Source: Gemmatimonadaceae bacterium
GTDB taxonomy: Bacteria > Gemmatimonadota > Gemmatimonadetes > Gemmatimonadales > Gemmatimonadaceae
Length of the DNA stretch: 64,000 nt
Direction of reading: 5' to 3'
Assembly: GCA_051859245.1 (NCBI GenBank)
Contig: JBHYGA010000004.1
Coordinates: 736,001-800,000, forward strand
The notes under the pieces: model-generated
What the model was told of the DNA's origin: nothing
Databases searched by the model: none
Seen by the model: the letters and a program-made list of their open reading frames with translations, nothing else
Shown here: positions 38,125 through 49,164 of the stretch, in pieces
How positions within the stretch are numbered: position 1 is the stretch's first letter
Layout: every line of letters starts with the position of its first letter
Program-made: the position numbers and the translations under genes

Positions 38125-39555
38125 ATGTTCACCAAAACCCGCGCCGCCACGGCACCGCTCACAGACTGGATGCGACGAATGCACCAACTCCTCACCGTGC
38201 TGAGCGCGGCCGCACTGCTGCTTCCGGCCCAACCGGCAAAGGCCCAACCGACCCCCGCACAACCCGCACCAACCGCCGCGCAGATCCTGGACGAGCTCGT
38301 GCGCACGGCGCTCGAGCGCAACCTGGCCCTCCAGCGACAGCGCCTGAACACCGACCAGGGCGCCAGCGGCGTGCGACAGGCGCGTGGCGTGCTGCTTCCC
38401 ACACTCGCCGTGGACGCGCGGTACTCCGAGTTCAGCGGGGTGGTCAACATCGGCGACTTCATCAATCCGGCCTACGCCGCGCTCAACCAGCTGATCGGCG
38501 AAAATCGATTCCCCACCAACGTCGCGGCCACGCTCCCCTTCCGGCAGGAAACGCGACTCCGCGCTACACAGGTGGTCTTCAACCAGGGCGCCATCGAACA
38601 GTGGCGGCTCGCCCGCACGCTGCACGGCGTCACGCGCGCACAACAGGAACTCGCCGCCCGACAAATCGCCAGCGATGTGCAACTCGCCTGGCTCGGCTAC
38701 GCGGCATCAACCCGCGTGGTCGACGTCTACAAGTCCTCGCTCGACGTGCTCGCCGAAAACGAGCGCGTGGCGGACCGACTGTTCAACAACGGACAAGGCA
38801 CGGTTGACGCGGTCTACCGAGCGCGCGCCGACCGCGCGGAGCTCGCACAGGAACTGGCCAACGCCGAACAACAACGTGATGCCGCACGCCGAGTGCTAAA
38901 CCTCATGCTCGACCGCGATCCTGACGTGGACATCACGGTGGTCGACGACAGTTCGCTGGTTCGTGCACTGCCCACCGATCGCCTGGCCACACTACGCGAC
39001 GCGCTCGCCAAACGCGAAGAGGCGCAACAGGCAGCACTCGGCGTAGATGCCGCATCCCGACAAATCAAACTCGCCTCGTCGGCGTTCTTGCCAAGCGTTG
39101 CCCTCGCCGCTGACTGGGGCGTGCAAGGCGATCAATACCGATTTGATGGCAGCGGCAACGTGGCCGTGGCCTCGCTCGTGTTGCAGTGGAATCTGTTCAA
39201 TGGCGGACAAGACGCCGCACGACGCGAACAAGCGACTCTCGAAAAGCGCAAAGCCGAACTCACGCAGCGCGAAGCGGAGCGCTCTATCACGCTGCAAGTC
39301 GCGCAAGCGTGGGATGCGGCACAGGTCGCCGAACGTTCACTGGGCACGGCCGCGGCGAGACTCGAAGCCGCGAGACGCTCGTTCACGCTTGTGTCCCGTC
39401 GCTACGACGAAGGACTGGCGCCGCACGTGGAATACGTGGCCGCACGGGCTGCATTCACGCAAGCCGAGTTGAACGCTGTACTCACTCGCTTCTCGTACGC
39501 GGCCCGCCGCGTTGAACTCGAACGCGCCGCCGCACTGCGCGCCCTTACGCCCTGA
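38125..39555 (+). CDS. TolC family outer membrane efflux protein (start 38125 or 38170)
   Basis: Signal peptide, two OEP repeats (ALERNLAL..LLPTL; AFLPSVAL..WNLFNGG), upstream of MFP and RND genes. Confidence 0.92.
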   Translation: MFTKTRAATAPLTDWMRRMHQLLTVLSAAALLLPAQPAKAQPTPAQPAPTAAQILDELVRTALERNLALQRQRLNTDQGASGVRQARGVLLPTLAVDARYSEFSGVVNIGDFINPAYAALNQLIGENRFPTNVAATLPFRQETRLRATQVVFNQGAIEQWRLARTLHGVTRAQQELAARQIASDVQLAWLGYAASTRVVDVYKSSLDVLAENERVADRLFNNGQGTVDAVYRARADRAELAQELANAEQQRDAARRVLNLMLDRDPDVDITVVDDSSLVRALPTDRLATLRDALAKREEAQQAALGVDAASRQIKLASSAFLPSVALAADWGVQGDQYRFDGSGNVAVASLVLQWNLFNGGQDAARREQATLEKRKAELTQREAERSITLQVAQAWDAAQVAERSLGTAAARLEAARRSFTLVSRRYDEGLAPHVEYVAARAAFTQAELNAVLTRFSYAARRVELERAAALRALTP

Positions 39556-39565
39556 GGAACAGAGC

Positions 39566-40654
39566 ATGACCACCCCGATTGTTTCGTCAGCGCGCTCGCG
39601 CACCAACCCGGCTCACACTCGTATGCCACGCCACGCCCTCGTCTCACTCCTCGCCCTGCTGGCCATTGGCTGCAGCGGCGCTGAAGCAACACCAGACAAT
39701 GAAATCCCGCCGGTGCCGATTACGCTGGCCGATGTCTCGCGAGAGTCGGTGTCGCGCGCCATCACGGCCACGGGATCATTTGGACCCAAGGACGAGATCA
39801 GTCTCTCGTTCAAGATCGGCGGCATCGTATCGCGCATTTCCGTGGACGAAGGCGATATGGTCGCACGCGGCGCCGTACTCGGCGCGCTGGACCTTCGCGA
39901 AATCGACGCGCAAATCACCAAGGCCAAAACAGGATTCGATAAAGCCACGCGCGATCTCGCACGCGTTCGTGCACTCTACGCCGATAGCGTGACGACACTC
40001 GCGCAACTGCAAGACGCTGAGTCTGCACTCGCCGCCGCGCAAGCGGATCGAGATGCTGCACAGGTCAATCGTGACTACGCGGTCATCACCGCACCGGTAA
40101 GCGGTCGCGTGTTGCGTCGTCGTGTGCAACCCGGCGCACTCGTGGCGCCTGGACAGGAAGTGATTTCACTCGGCAGCGACAATCGTGGTCGTGTCGTGCG
40201 TATTGGTGTTCCCGATCGCGACGCCGTCCGTCTCGCGATTGGACAGGTTGCACAGGTCACGTTCGACGCCACACCTGGCACCACCTACACGGGACGCGTA
40301 TCACAACGAGGCGCGGCCACCGACGCACGCACTGGCATGGTCTCGGTGGAAATCACCGTGACTGGCGCTGACGCGTTGCCCGCTGGTACGGTGGCGAGCG
40401 TGTCCATCGCCGTACCGTCCACCACGCAAGTGACGCTCGTACCGGTAGAAGCCATCATCGAAGCGGACGCCGACTCGGCCACTGTGTACAGCATGAAAGA
40501 CGGCCGAGCCGTGCGACACGCCGTGCGCGTGTTGTTTGTAAACGGCGCGCAGGTGGCTGTGGAAGGCCTCGATAGCGTGCAGCGCGTGGTACAAAACGGC
40601 GCCGCGTATCTCACGGACGGCGCGGCCGTTCGCGAAGTGAGTGGTGCCAAATGA
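39566..40654 (+). CDS. RND efflux periplasmic adaptor (MFP), lipoprotein
   Basis: Lipobox LAIGC, LSFKIGGIV..VDEGDMV, ITAPVSG; GAGGA RBS. Confidence 0.92.
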   Translation: MTTPIVSSARSRTNPAHTRMPRHALVSLLALLAIGCSGAEATPDNEIPPVPITLADVSRESVSRAITATGSFGPKDEISLSFKIGGIVSRISVDEGDMVARGAVLGALDLREIDAQITKAKTGFDKATRDLARVRALYADSVTTLAQLQDAESALAAAQADRDAAQVNRDYAVITAPVSGRVLRRRVQPGALVAPGQEVISLGSDNRGRVVRIGVPDRDAVRLAIGQVAQVTFDATPGTTYTGRVSQRGAATDARTGMVSVEITVTGADALPAGTVASVSIAVPSTTQVTLVPVEAIIEADADSATVYSMKDGRAVRHAVRVLFVNGAQVAVEGLDSVQRVVQNGAAYLTDGAAVREVSGAK

Positions 40655-43600
40655 ATATCGTAAACTTTGCCGTCAAGCGGTGGCAGTTCACCGTATTGCT
40701 GTTCCTTATGCTGATCGCACTCGGTGCCATGAGCTGGCGCTCTATTCCGCGCGCCGAGGATCCATCGTTTCCGGTACCGATCTTTACCGTGATTGCCGTG
40801 TACCCGGGCGCCGATGCGGAAGACATGGAGCAGCAGGTCACTGAGCCCATCGAAACGCGTCTTGCTTCACTGGAAAAGGTGAAAGAGCTGTACTCGCGCA
40901 GCAGCGATGGTCTGGCCGTAATCACGGTTGAGTTTGATGACGTGGTAGACGCCGATCGCAAGCAGGACGAAGTGCTGCGCGAGGTCAATGCACTACGTCC
41001 GCAGTTGCCGGCGTCGCTCGCTCGTCTCGATGTGCAGCGTAACGAAAACAACACGGTGGCCATTGCCCAGATCGCGCTGGTGAGCGAAACCACCCCGTAT
41101 CACGAGTTGGATGTAATCGCCGAACGCCTCGAGGAACGTGTGGAGCGCGTGGCGGGTGTGCGCAGCGCCGATCGCTGGGGCGCTCCGCGACGTGAAGTGC
41201 ATATCACGTTGGATCTCGCGCGCATGGCGACACTTGGCATCGCGCCGGCGCAGGTGTTGCAAGCGCTGGGGAGTGACAACGCGGCTATTCCCGGCGGCTC
41301 CGTTGATGTGGGCGCACGTCGATTCAATCTGGCAGCGACTGGTCGCTACCGCTCGCTCGCCGAGATGGAGCAGACGGTGGTGGCGGGCAGCAGCGGCAAC
41401 CTTGTTCGCGTGCGTGACATTGCAAACGTGCAGTGGGGCTACGGTGATCCCGTGCATGTGACGCGCTGGAACGGCAAGCGCGCGATGTTCGTGAGTATCA
41501 CCATGCAGACGGGCAACAATATCAACGATGTGCGCGACCGGATCTGGCCTGAACTGGATGCCGAAGCAGCGCTGTTGCCCGCCACGGTCAAGATGGAGCG
41601 CGGCTTCGATCAGTCGGTGAACGTCAGCAACCGGCTATCGCGGCTTGGTTGGGATTTTGTGATCGCACTGGCGCTGGTGATTGTCACATTGCTGCCGCTC
41701 GGTTTGCGCGCGTCGGTGGTGGTGATGGTGTCGATTCCACTGTCGCTGGCCATGGCGGTGGCATTGCTCAATTTCACGGGATTCTCCATCAATCAACTGT
41801 CGATCGTTGGTTTTGTCATCGCACTCGGCTTGCTGGTTGATGATTCGATTGTCGTAGTGGAAAACATCACGCGATTCCTCCGCGCCGGATACACGCGCAA
41901 AGACGCCGCGATTCTTGCCACCAAACAGATCGCGGTGGCAGTACTCGGTTGCACGGCAACACTGGTGTTTGCATTCCTGCCGCTGTTGTTTCTGCCCGGA
42001 CTGGCTGGTCGCTACATTCGCTCGCTGCCAATCGCCGTGGTGTACGCCGTGGTGGCTTCGCTGATTGTGTCGTTCACCATCATTCCGTGGCTGGCGAGTC
42101 TGTTGCTGCCGCGCACGGAATCGGCGCAGGGCAATCGATTCCTGCAGCTGCTTGATCGCGGCATTCACAAAACGTACGCGCCGCTGCTCGGTCGCTCGCT
42201 CGCCAATCCGTGGCGCACGCTGGGTCTGTCCGTAGCCGTCGTGCTCGGCAGTCTCGCGCTCATTCCTGCCGTGGGTTTTTCGCTGTTTCCCACCGCCGGC
42301 ACACCACAGTTTCACGTTGACATTGAAGCGCCCGATGGCGCGAGTCTCGCTGAGACGGATCGCGCGGTGCGATTTGCCGAGCGTGTGATTGGTACGCATC
42401 CGTCTGTGCGTGGCATGTTCAGTAATGTGGGCAAGGACAATCCGGTCGTGTACTACAATGTGTTTCAACGAGCAGAAGCGGCGAACCGAGGGCAGCTGTT
42501 TGTGTTGCTCAACGAGTACGATGCCGTGAACACACCGATCATGCTCGACACATTGCGTTCGCGTCTGGCCGAATACGCGGGTGCGCGCATTGAACTCAAG
42601 GAGTTCGAAAACGGGCCGCCAATTGAAGCGCCCATCGCCATGCGCATCGAGGGACCAGATCTGGATTCCCTGCGTGTGCTCGCCGCGCGCGTTGAGCAGA
42701 TCGTGCAAGGCACCGCGGGTACGCAGTACGTGCGCAACCCGATTCGCTTGCGCCGCACCGATCTTCGGTTAGCCGTCGACCGGCAGAAGGCCGGCCTGCT
42801 CGGCATTCCGAGTGTGGAGATTGATCGCACGCTGCGACTCGGTATTGCCGGTCTTGAGGCGGGATTCTTTCGCGGTGACGACGGAAACGAGCATCCGCTC
42901 GTGGTGCGCCTTGATCATGATGGCCGACCAACGCCCGAGGCATTGGACCGGATCTACGTGCCGTCGGTGCAGGGCGCGCTCATTCCCGTGTCACAGGTTG
43001 CGCAGCTGCAGTTCGAAGCAAAGCCAACGGTGATTGATCATCGCGAGCGCGTGCGTGCGGTGAGCATTACCAGTTATGTGCAGTCGGGCTACAACACGGA
43101 TCGCGTCACGCGCGATATTCTGGCGCAACTCGCGTCGCTCGATATTCCCAACGGCTATCGGGTGTATCCAGCCGGCGAAATCGAAAGCCGCGAAGAGAGT
43201 TTTGGCGGCATCGGATCGGCAATCATTGTGGCCGTGTTCGGAATACTCGCCATTCTCGTGCTCGAGTTCCGCAGCTTCCGCACCACGCTTGTGGTGGCCA
43301 GCGTGATTCCGCTTGGTGTCGTGGGTGGCATTCTGGCGCTGCTCTTCACCGGCTACACGCTGTCGTTCACCGCCATGATCGGATTCGTTGCCCTGGTGGG
43401 CATCGAAATCAAGACATCAATCCTGCTGGTGGACTTCACCGACCAACTGCGGCGTGAAGGGTACGATCTCGATCACGCGATTCAGAAGGCCGGTGAAATT
43501 CGTTTTGTGCCGATTGTACTCACGGCGATCACTGCTATTGGTGGTTTGCTGCCGCTTGCATTGCAAGGATCGGCGCTCTACTCACCACTCGCCTGGGTGA

Positions 43601-43737
43601 TCATTGGCGGACTCGTGTCGAGCACATTCATTGCACGACTCGTCACGCCGGTAATGTACAAACTGCTCGCGCCACCACTCGAACAGGAGCAGGAGCGCGA
43701 GCAGCCGACTACGGCTTTGCTGCCGGCGCTGTCTTGA
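40651..43737 (+). CDS. RND efflux transporter permease (AcrB/AcrD/AcrF family)
   Basis: YPGADAEDME..VTEPIE, GLLVDDSIVVVENI, second TM block with RFVPIVLT; 4-bp ATGA overlap with MFP. Confidence 0.96.
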   Translation: MNIVNFAVKRWQFTVLLFLMLIALGAMSWRSIPRAEDPSFPVPIFTVIAVYPGADAEDMEQQVTEPIETRLASLEKVKELYSRSSDGLAVITVEFDDVVDADRKQDEVLREVNALRPQLPASLARLDVQRNENNTVAIAQIALVSETTPYHELDVIAERLEERVERVAGVRSADRWGAPRREVHITLDLARMATLGIAPAQVLQALGSDNAAIPGGSVDVGARRFNLAATGRYRSLAEMEQTVVAGSSGNLVRVRDIANVQWGYGDPVHVTRWNGKRAMFVSITMQTGNNINDVRDRIWPELDAEAALLPATVKMERGFDQSVNVSNRLSRLGWDFVIALALVIVTLLPLGLRASVVVMVSIPLSLAMAVALLNFTGFSINQLSIVGFVIALGLLVDDSIVVVENITRFLRAGYTRKDAAILATKQIAVAVLGCTATLVFAFLPLLFLPGLAGRYIRSLPIAVVYAVVASLIVSFTIIPWLASLLLPRTESAQGNRFLQLLDRGIHKTYAPLLGRSLANPWRTLGLSVAVVLGSLALIPAVGFSLFPTAGTPQFHVDIEAPDGASLAETDRAVRFAERVIGTHPSVRGMFSNVGKDNPVVYYNVFQRAEAANRGQLFVLLNEYDAVNTPIMLDTLRSRLAEYAGARIELKEFENGPPIEAPIAMRIEGPDLDSLRVLAARVEQIVQGTAGTQYVRNPIRLRRTDLRLAVDRQKAGLLGIPSVEIDRTLRLGIAGLEAGFFRGDDGNEHPLVVRLDHDGRPTPEALDRIYVPSVQGALIPVSQVAQLQFEAKPTVIDHRERVRAVSITSYVQSGYNTDRVTRDILAQLASLDIPNGYRVYPAGEIESREESFGGIGSAIIVAVFGILAILVLEFRSFRTTLVVASVIPLGVVGGILALLFTGYTLSFTAMIGFVALVGIEIKTSILLVDFTDQLRREGYDLDHAIQKAGEIRFVPIVLTAITAIGGLLPLALQGSALYSPLAWVIIGGLVSSTFIARLVTPVMYKLLAPPLEQEQEREQPTTALLPALS

Positions 43738-44635
43738 TTTCCATCACCATGGTCTGATTCATGGAGTTGACCTGACCGCCCATTTCCAGGTCGATGGCCA
43801 TTTTCATGTCCATCTTCATGTCCATCGACGGTTGCATACGATCAAAACGAATGGCCAGTGTTGACGTGCCTTTGCCATCAAGGCTGCGCAGTTTTGCGGA
43901 TGCGCCGGCCGGCATGGCCGATGGGTCCATCACCTGATCTTTCGCTGTCTGGGTCAACACCATTTCGAGCGTCATGCTGTCGGCGGTGAGCGACTTCACC
44001 AGGTACTCCACGTCCTGCTGAATCGTCATGCCGTTTTGTGTCACGGGGCGTGAGGCTTTCCACCGCGCCCCAACACCAACGGCTTCGGTTGGAAACGCCA
44101 CGCTCATCTGTTCAATCGACTGCGCCGACTGCATCGCGGCCGCAGGTGCGCCCGCACCAAACTCCAACTTGGAAATCTGACCGGTTGGGCTCATGGTGTA
44201 ATTCATCTTCACACCTTTCATCGCCGAGAGTTGTGGACCCATGGCGCTGACCAGCATCGGATCTGCACCCTCGGCATCCAACTCGACGTTCACAAACTCG
44301 GCGTTGATTGCGGCTGATCCATCAGCCGCAACGTCAGACACATTAAAGCGCGTGGTCGACACCGTGGTGGGAAGTACTTGCGCCGGCATGGCCATGCCGC
44401 CCATCTCGATGTTCATGCTGATCTTCTGACGCACGGAGACGAGTTCACTCGCGCCAGACACAAGTTTGAGGCGAAGTGCGCGGCGCGGAGCTGCGCCTGC
44501 CTCGAGCACGGTAACGCTGGCCGGTGCGGCGGCCGCGGGGCTCGCCGCTTGCGCACGCATCGTGTGCGCGGGCGCGATGAACAGCGTTGCAGCCAACGCG
44601 GCGACTGACAGTCTGCGGAAAGTGGAACGAAGCAC
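43709..44635 (-). CDS. Exported Met-rich hypothetical protein (DUF6263-like); start uncertain (44635 or 44674)
   Basis: Signal peptide ending MRA-Q; FPTEAVGVGARW motif; beta-rich. Confidence 0.7.
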   Translation of the reverse strand: MLRSTFRRLSVAALAATLFIAPAHTMRAQAASPAAAAPASVTVLEAGAAPRRALRLKLVSGASELVSVRQKISMNIEMGGMAMPAQVLPTTVSTTRFNVSDVAADGSAAINAEFVNVELDAEGADPMLVSAMGPQLSAMKGVKMNYTMSPTGQISKLEFGAGAPAAAMQSAQSIEQMSVAFPTEAVGVGARWKASRPVTQNGMTIQQDVEYLVKSLTADSMTLEMVLTQTAKDQVMDPSAMPAGASAKLRSLDGKGTSTLAIRFDRMQPSMDMKMDMKMAIDLEMGGQVNSMNQTMVMEIKTAPAAKP

Positions 44636-44717
44636 GATGAATAACCGGCTGCAGGGTGGGTAGAAATAGTTCACCCACCCAAGTTACGCGGTCCGCCGCC
44701 CGAGTGCCTGTTGTGGC

Positions 44718-45482
44718 CTATTTCCCGCGTCCGGGGATTGGCGGCAGGATCCTGATGGTGTCTTTGGGAAGCGCCTGAATGCGAAACGCAAAGCTCTGCA
44801 CCACCACCTGCGGCACCGGTGTGCCACGCAAACGCGCTGGCCTGAACTTCATGAGCGGTAACGCCGTTCGTACCGCATTGGTAAAAGCAGTGTCGCTGGT
44901 CTGTAGCGCCATAAAGGAAACAGGATCCGCGCGTCCGGTGGAATCCACAATGAATCGCGCCAGTACTTCGCCTTCAACGCGCGCGTTCAGCAACGTGGGC
45001 GGATAGGCCGGGCCACCGCTCGTGGGATCCGTGGTGACCACCGAATCCACCTGAATCTCGCTCAGGGCAAACTCTTCGAGCGCCGATGACGGAACGGATA
45101 TGTCGTCGACAACGTCCGTGCCCGCCTGCGCCGATCCAATCGGCAACTCCGGAGACGGCGGCGCAAAGTCCGACAATTCCGGCTCCGGCGCGCCGCGCAC
45201 GTCGCCGGTGAGTCCCACGTAGCTCAACCGTTCTTCCGAGGCGCGCGACACATCCTTCTTTTCAGGCGCGATGTACACGGGGCCAGGCGCGTCTTCTTCC
45301 GCCGCTGTAAACCGGTAGTCAATCGACATCAGGACCACCGTGCTCGCCACGGTTGCGAGATGCGCCGACATGCCCAACAACGTGCGCAGCACTTCACGCT
45401 TGCCAATCGCGCGACCCGATTCAATCAGGGTGAGTGCGTGACGGCGAGTACCGGGTGATGTCGCTCGCGCTTTGCTTCGCAT
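44718..45482 (-). CDS. TonB C-terminal domain protein (energy transducer TonB family)
   Basis: Single TM with S..H pattern (MSAHLA), PAYP..VEGEVLARFIVDSTGRAD..FRPARLRG.PV..QSFAF. Confidence 0.85.
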   Translation of the reverse strand: MRSKARATSPGTRRHALTLIESGRAIGKREVLRTLLGMSAHLATVASTVVLMSIDYRFTAAEEDAPGPVYIAPEKKDVSRASEERLSYVGLTGDVRGAPEPELSDFAPPSPELPIGSAQAGTDVVDDISVPSSALEEFALSEIQVDSVVTTDPTSGGPAYPPTLLNARVEGEVLARFIVDSTGRADPVSFMALQTSDTAFTNAVRTALPLMKFRPARLRGTPVPQVVVQSFAFRIQALPKDTIRILPPIPGRGK

Positions 45483-45763
45483 GGTAGGACTCCGAGCGTT
45501 AGCTGTCGAGTAAAAAACACGCCCTCTTGTAACAAACCTGTGTTGGTCCGCGCTGGCAAGCGGGTGGGACGGGCCGAACGGTGGGTGCCCCGCCGTGAAC
45601 CGCAGTGGCAAGGCGACTAACCGCCACACGCAACCAATAGCCAGCGCCATTCCCCGGTGACCCAACGGTGGCGTTCACCGCTCCGTAACCACAGGTTGAA
45701 CCGCTGCAGCTTTTGTAAAGATTCCTGATGTCCCGCAGGTCCCCTCCGATCTCCTTCCGCACC

Positions 45764-48700
45764 ATGAGACGCACCACTCGATTCTCGCTCCTCACCCTGG
45801 GCGTGGCCAGCTTGTCGGCCTCGCTCTCGGCGCCGGCGATTGCCCAGGGCCCCTCAGCCCCGAGCGACTCGGCCGCCGCCGCGCAGGCCATCAGCGCCCT
45901 GCGCTGGCGCAACATCGGTCCGGCCAACATGGCTGGCCGCATTGTCGACGTCGAAGGCATCCCGTCGCCCTCGCGCACGTTCTATGTCTCCACCGCCGCT
46001 GGCGGTGTGTGGAAGACGATCAACGGCGGCACCACGTTCTTCCCCGTGCTCGACACGGCGCGCGTGGCCTCGGGCGGTGATCTCGCGATTGCGCCATCCG
46101 ACAGCAACACGGTGTACTGGGGCACCGGCGAGCCAAACTCGCGTAACTCCATCTCCCCCGGTGGCGGCATTTACAAAACCACCGACGGTGGACGCACCTG
46201 GAGCTTCATCGGGCTCAAGGAGACACAACATATCGGACGCGTGCAGGTGCACCCCACCAATCCGAACATTGTGTGGGTGGCGGCGCTCGGCCACGCGTGG
46301 GGCCCGAACAAGGAACGTGGTCTGTACAAGACCGTCGACGGTGGCAAAACGTGGATGCTGAAAAAGTTCATCAACGAGAAGACGGGCTTCGTTGATGTGC
46401 AGGTACATCCGCGTAATCCCGACATTCTGTTTGCGTCGAGCTACGAGCGCGTGCGTGGTCCGTACTTCCTGAACTCCGGCGGACCGGGTTCGGCGCTCTG
46501 GAAGAGCACCGACGGCGGTGACACGTGGACCGAAGTGAAGGGCGGCGGATTCCCGGCCACCATGAAGGGCCGCATTGAAATCGCGATTGCCGCGAGCAAT
46601 CCCGACATCATGTACACCATGGTGGAAGCCGACACGGCGCCCAAGGCCGCAACGCCGCGCACCGCGCCGCAGCGCCGGCCGAGTGGTCTGTATCGCTCCG
46701 ATGATGGCGGCACCACGTGGGAATATCGCAATCCCGAAAACGTGCGTCCGTTCTACTACTCGCAGGTGCGCGTGAGCCCCACCGATCCGGACGTGGTGTT
46801 CTGGTCATCCACGCCGGTGAAGTATTCGCGCGATGGTGGCAAGACCGCCGGTAACACTACGGTTGGTTTGCACGTCGACCATCACGCCATGTGGTTCGAT
46901 CCGAAAGATCCGAATCGCATCATCGTGGGCAACGATGGTGGACTCGGCATCACGTTCGACGGCGGCGGCACGTGGGATTTCCCGAACACGTTTGCGCTCG
47001 GCCAGTTCTACGCCGTGTCGTACGACATGCAGGTGCCGTACCGCGTGTGTGGTGGTCTGCAGGACAACGGATCGTGGTGCGGACCGAGCCGTCGTCGTCA
47101 GGGCCCGATCACGAATGCGATGTGGCACAACATTGGTGGCGGCGACGGATTTGTCACCGCGCAGGATCCGACCGATCCCAACATCATTTATTCGGAATCG
47201 CAGGGTGGCTCACTCGGCCGTCTCGATTTTGCCACAGGCACGCGTTTGCCGGTGCGCAAGCCGAACTGGCGTGATTCGTACGCCGCGTGGAATGACAGCA
47301 TCGCCGTGATTCGCGGTGACATGAATCGTCCGGAAACGGCCGACATGCGCCGTCGTATTGCCGAAGTGCGCGCCAAGCAGAAGCAGGACTCGCTCGATCT
47401 GCAGCTGCGCTGGAACTGGAACACGCCGTTCTTTATCTCCAAGCACAACCCGATGACGCTCTACTACGGATCAAACCGTGTGATGAAGAGCATCAATCGT
47501 GGTTCGAGCATGTTCCCGATTTCGCCTGACCTCTCGTATGCCGACACAGCCAAGTTGCGTGTCGCGCTGCGCACCACGGGTGGCATTACGCCAGACGTCA
47601 CCGGTGCCGAAACGTTTGGCACGGTGGTGTCGCTTAACGAATCGCCAGTGCGCCCCGGCGTATTGTTTGCCGGAACAGACGATGGTCGTGTTTGGGTGAC
47701 CAAAAACGATGGCGGCACGTGGGAAGAAGTGACCAAGAACATTCCGGGCGTTGCGGCCGGTGCGTATGTGTCGCGTGTGGAAGGTTCGTACGCGTCCGAA
47801 GGCACGTTCTACGTCACGTTTGATGATCACCGTCGTGATAACTTCACGCCGTACGTGTACATGAGCACGGATTTCGGTCGCACGTTCACGTCGATTGCGT
47901 CGAATCTGCCCAAGGGTGGCGCCGACTTTGTGCACGTGATTCGTGAAGATCCGCGCAACCCGAACCTGTTGTATGTGGGCACCGATGTTGGTGCGTACGT
48001 GTCGCTCAACAAGGGTGCGTCGTGGCAGCGCTTCATGACGGGCTTGCCCACCACGCCGGTGCACGATCTGCAGATTCATCCGCGTGATCGTGAACTCATT
48101 GCCGGTACGCATGGCCGTTCCATCTGGATCGTTGATGTGGCACCGCTGCAGGAAATGACGCCGCAGGTGATCGCGCAGTCGGCGCATCTGTTTACGCCGC
48201 GCACCGCGTTCCAGTGGGGTGAGTCACCGATCAACGGTGGAAGCAACGGACACAAACTGTTCCAGGCGCCGAGTCCGCAGTTCGGCGCGGATATCTGGTA
48301 TCGTGTGGCGCAGGGCAGTGGTCAGGCGCGCATCGTGGTGCAGGATGCACTGGGTGATACGCTGATCAATACCACGGGACCTGGTGGCCCGGGCGTGCAC
48401 CGCTTCTCGTGGAACATGCGTGGCAAGACACCGCCTGCTCCGCCGCTTTCACCGGCGCAGCTGCGTGACAGCATTCAGCAGGCGCAGCGCACCACGTTCG
48501 TGCTCGACTCGCTTGAAAAGGACGGCACCATTCCCGCCAACCTGATTGCGCAGGCGCGCACCGCCATGTCGCAGGGCGCAGCGGGTATTCAGGCGCTCAT
48601 GGGCGGCGGTGGTGGCGGATTCGGCGGTGGCGGTGGCGGTGGTGGTGGCGGATTCGGTGGCGGCGGTTTCGGCGGAGGTGCTCCGAACCTTCGTCCGGGC

Positions 48701-49084
48701 GAAACGCGTCCCACGCCGAGCTTCCCCACGGGTGGCGCAGCCGCAGGCGGCGGTCGCGGCCCCGGCGGCGCTGCTGCCCCGGCGGGCGGCGCGGCGGAAG
48801 GCGTGCAGCAGGTATTCGCGGCCATGCGTGAAGCCATGGGACCCGACTTCAATCCGTTCGGCGGTGGTGGTCGTGGCGGACGTGGCGGCGGCGGTGGTGG
48901 CGGCGGTCTGGCCGGAACGGGTGATTACAAAGTCACCGTGACCGCGGGCGGACGCACCATGTCGCAGATGCTGCGCGTTGAGCAGCTCAACAGTGCCGAT
49001 CCGGCACTCGGCGGCATGTTCGGTGAAGACGAAGAAGCCGTGTTGCTTCGCGACTTCAACCGCTGGTTGCGTACCTGGCAGTAA
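45764..49084 (+). CDS. Exported BNR/Asp-box repeat (VPS10/sortilin-like, glycosyl hydrolase-like) protein with Gly-rich tail
   Basis: WRNIGPANMAGR start, many S/T-x-D-G-G-x-T-W boxes, poly-Gly C-terminal region. Confidence 0.9.
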   Translation: MRRTTRFSLLTLGVASLSASLSAPAIAQGPSAPSDSAAAAQAISALRWRNIGPANMAGRIVDVEGIPSPSRTFYVSTAAGGVWKTINGGTTFFPVLDTARVASGGDLAIAPSDSNTVYWGTGEPNSRNSISPGGGIYKTTDGGRTWSFIGLKETQHIGRVQVHPTNPNIVWVAALGHAWGPNKERGLYKTVDGGKTWMLKKFINEKTGFVDVQVHPRNPDILFASSYERVRGPYFLNSGGPGSALWKSTDGGDTWTEVKGGGFPATMKGRIEIAIAASNPDIMYTMVEADTAPKAATPRTAPQRRPSGLYRSDDGGTTWEYRNPENVRPFYYSQVRVSPTDPDVVFWSSTPVKYSRDGGKTAGNTTVGLHVDHHAMWFDPKDPNRIIVGNDGGLGITFDGGGTWDFPNTFALGQFYAVSYDMQVPYRVCGGLQDNGSWCGPSRRRQGPITNAMWHNIGGGDGFVTAQDPTDPNIIYSESQGGSLGRLDFATGTRLPVRKPNWRDSYAAWNDSIAVIRGDMNRPETADMRRRIAEVRAKQKQDSLDLQLRWNWNTPFFISKHNPMTLYYGSNRVMKSINRGSSMFPISPDLSYADTAKLRVALRTTGGITPDVTGAETFGTVVSLNESPVRPGVLFAGTDDGRVWVTKNDGGTWEEVTKNIPGVAAGAYVSRVEGSYASEGTFYVTFDDHRRDNFTPYVYMSTDFGRTFTSIASNLPKGGADFVHVIREDPRNPNLLYVGTDVGAYVSLNKGASWQRFMTGLPTTPVHDLQIHPRDRELIAGTHGRSIWIVDVAPLQEMTPQVIAQSAHLFTPRTAFQWGESPINGGSNGHKLFQAPSPQFGADIWYRVAQGSGQARIVVQDALGDTLINTTGPGGPGVHRFSWNMRGKTPPAPPLSPAQLRDSIQQAQRTTFVLDSLEKDGTIPANLIAQARTAMSQGAAGIQALMGGGGGGFGGGGGGGGGGFGGGGFGGGAPNLRPGETRPTPSFPTGGAAAGGGRGPGGAAAPAGGAAEGVQQVFAAMREAMGPDFNPFGGGGRGGRGGGGGGGGLAGTGDYKVTVTAGGRTMSQMLRVEQLNSADPALGGMFGEDEEAVLLRDFNRWLRTWQ

Positions 49085-49119
49085 GTCTGCGCTTCGAGCG
49101 CGACCCGCTGTAATGGAAT

Positions 49120-49163
49120 AACCAACGACACAGCACGCATTCTTGCGGCTGTGTCGTTTGGTT
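49120..49163. terminator. Hairpin between convergent genes, probable bidirectional terminator
   Basis: AACCAACGACACAGC ... GCTGTGTCGTTTGGTT stem with inner CGCA/TGCG pairing. Confidence 0.7.
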
Positions 49164-49164
49164 G

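Noticed and set aside
43709..43737. 29-bp convergent overlap of the RND gene and the downstream gene
   Set aside because: Short 3' overlaps are common and both proteins look complete
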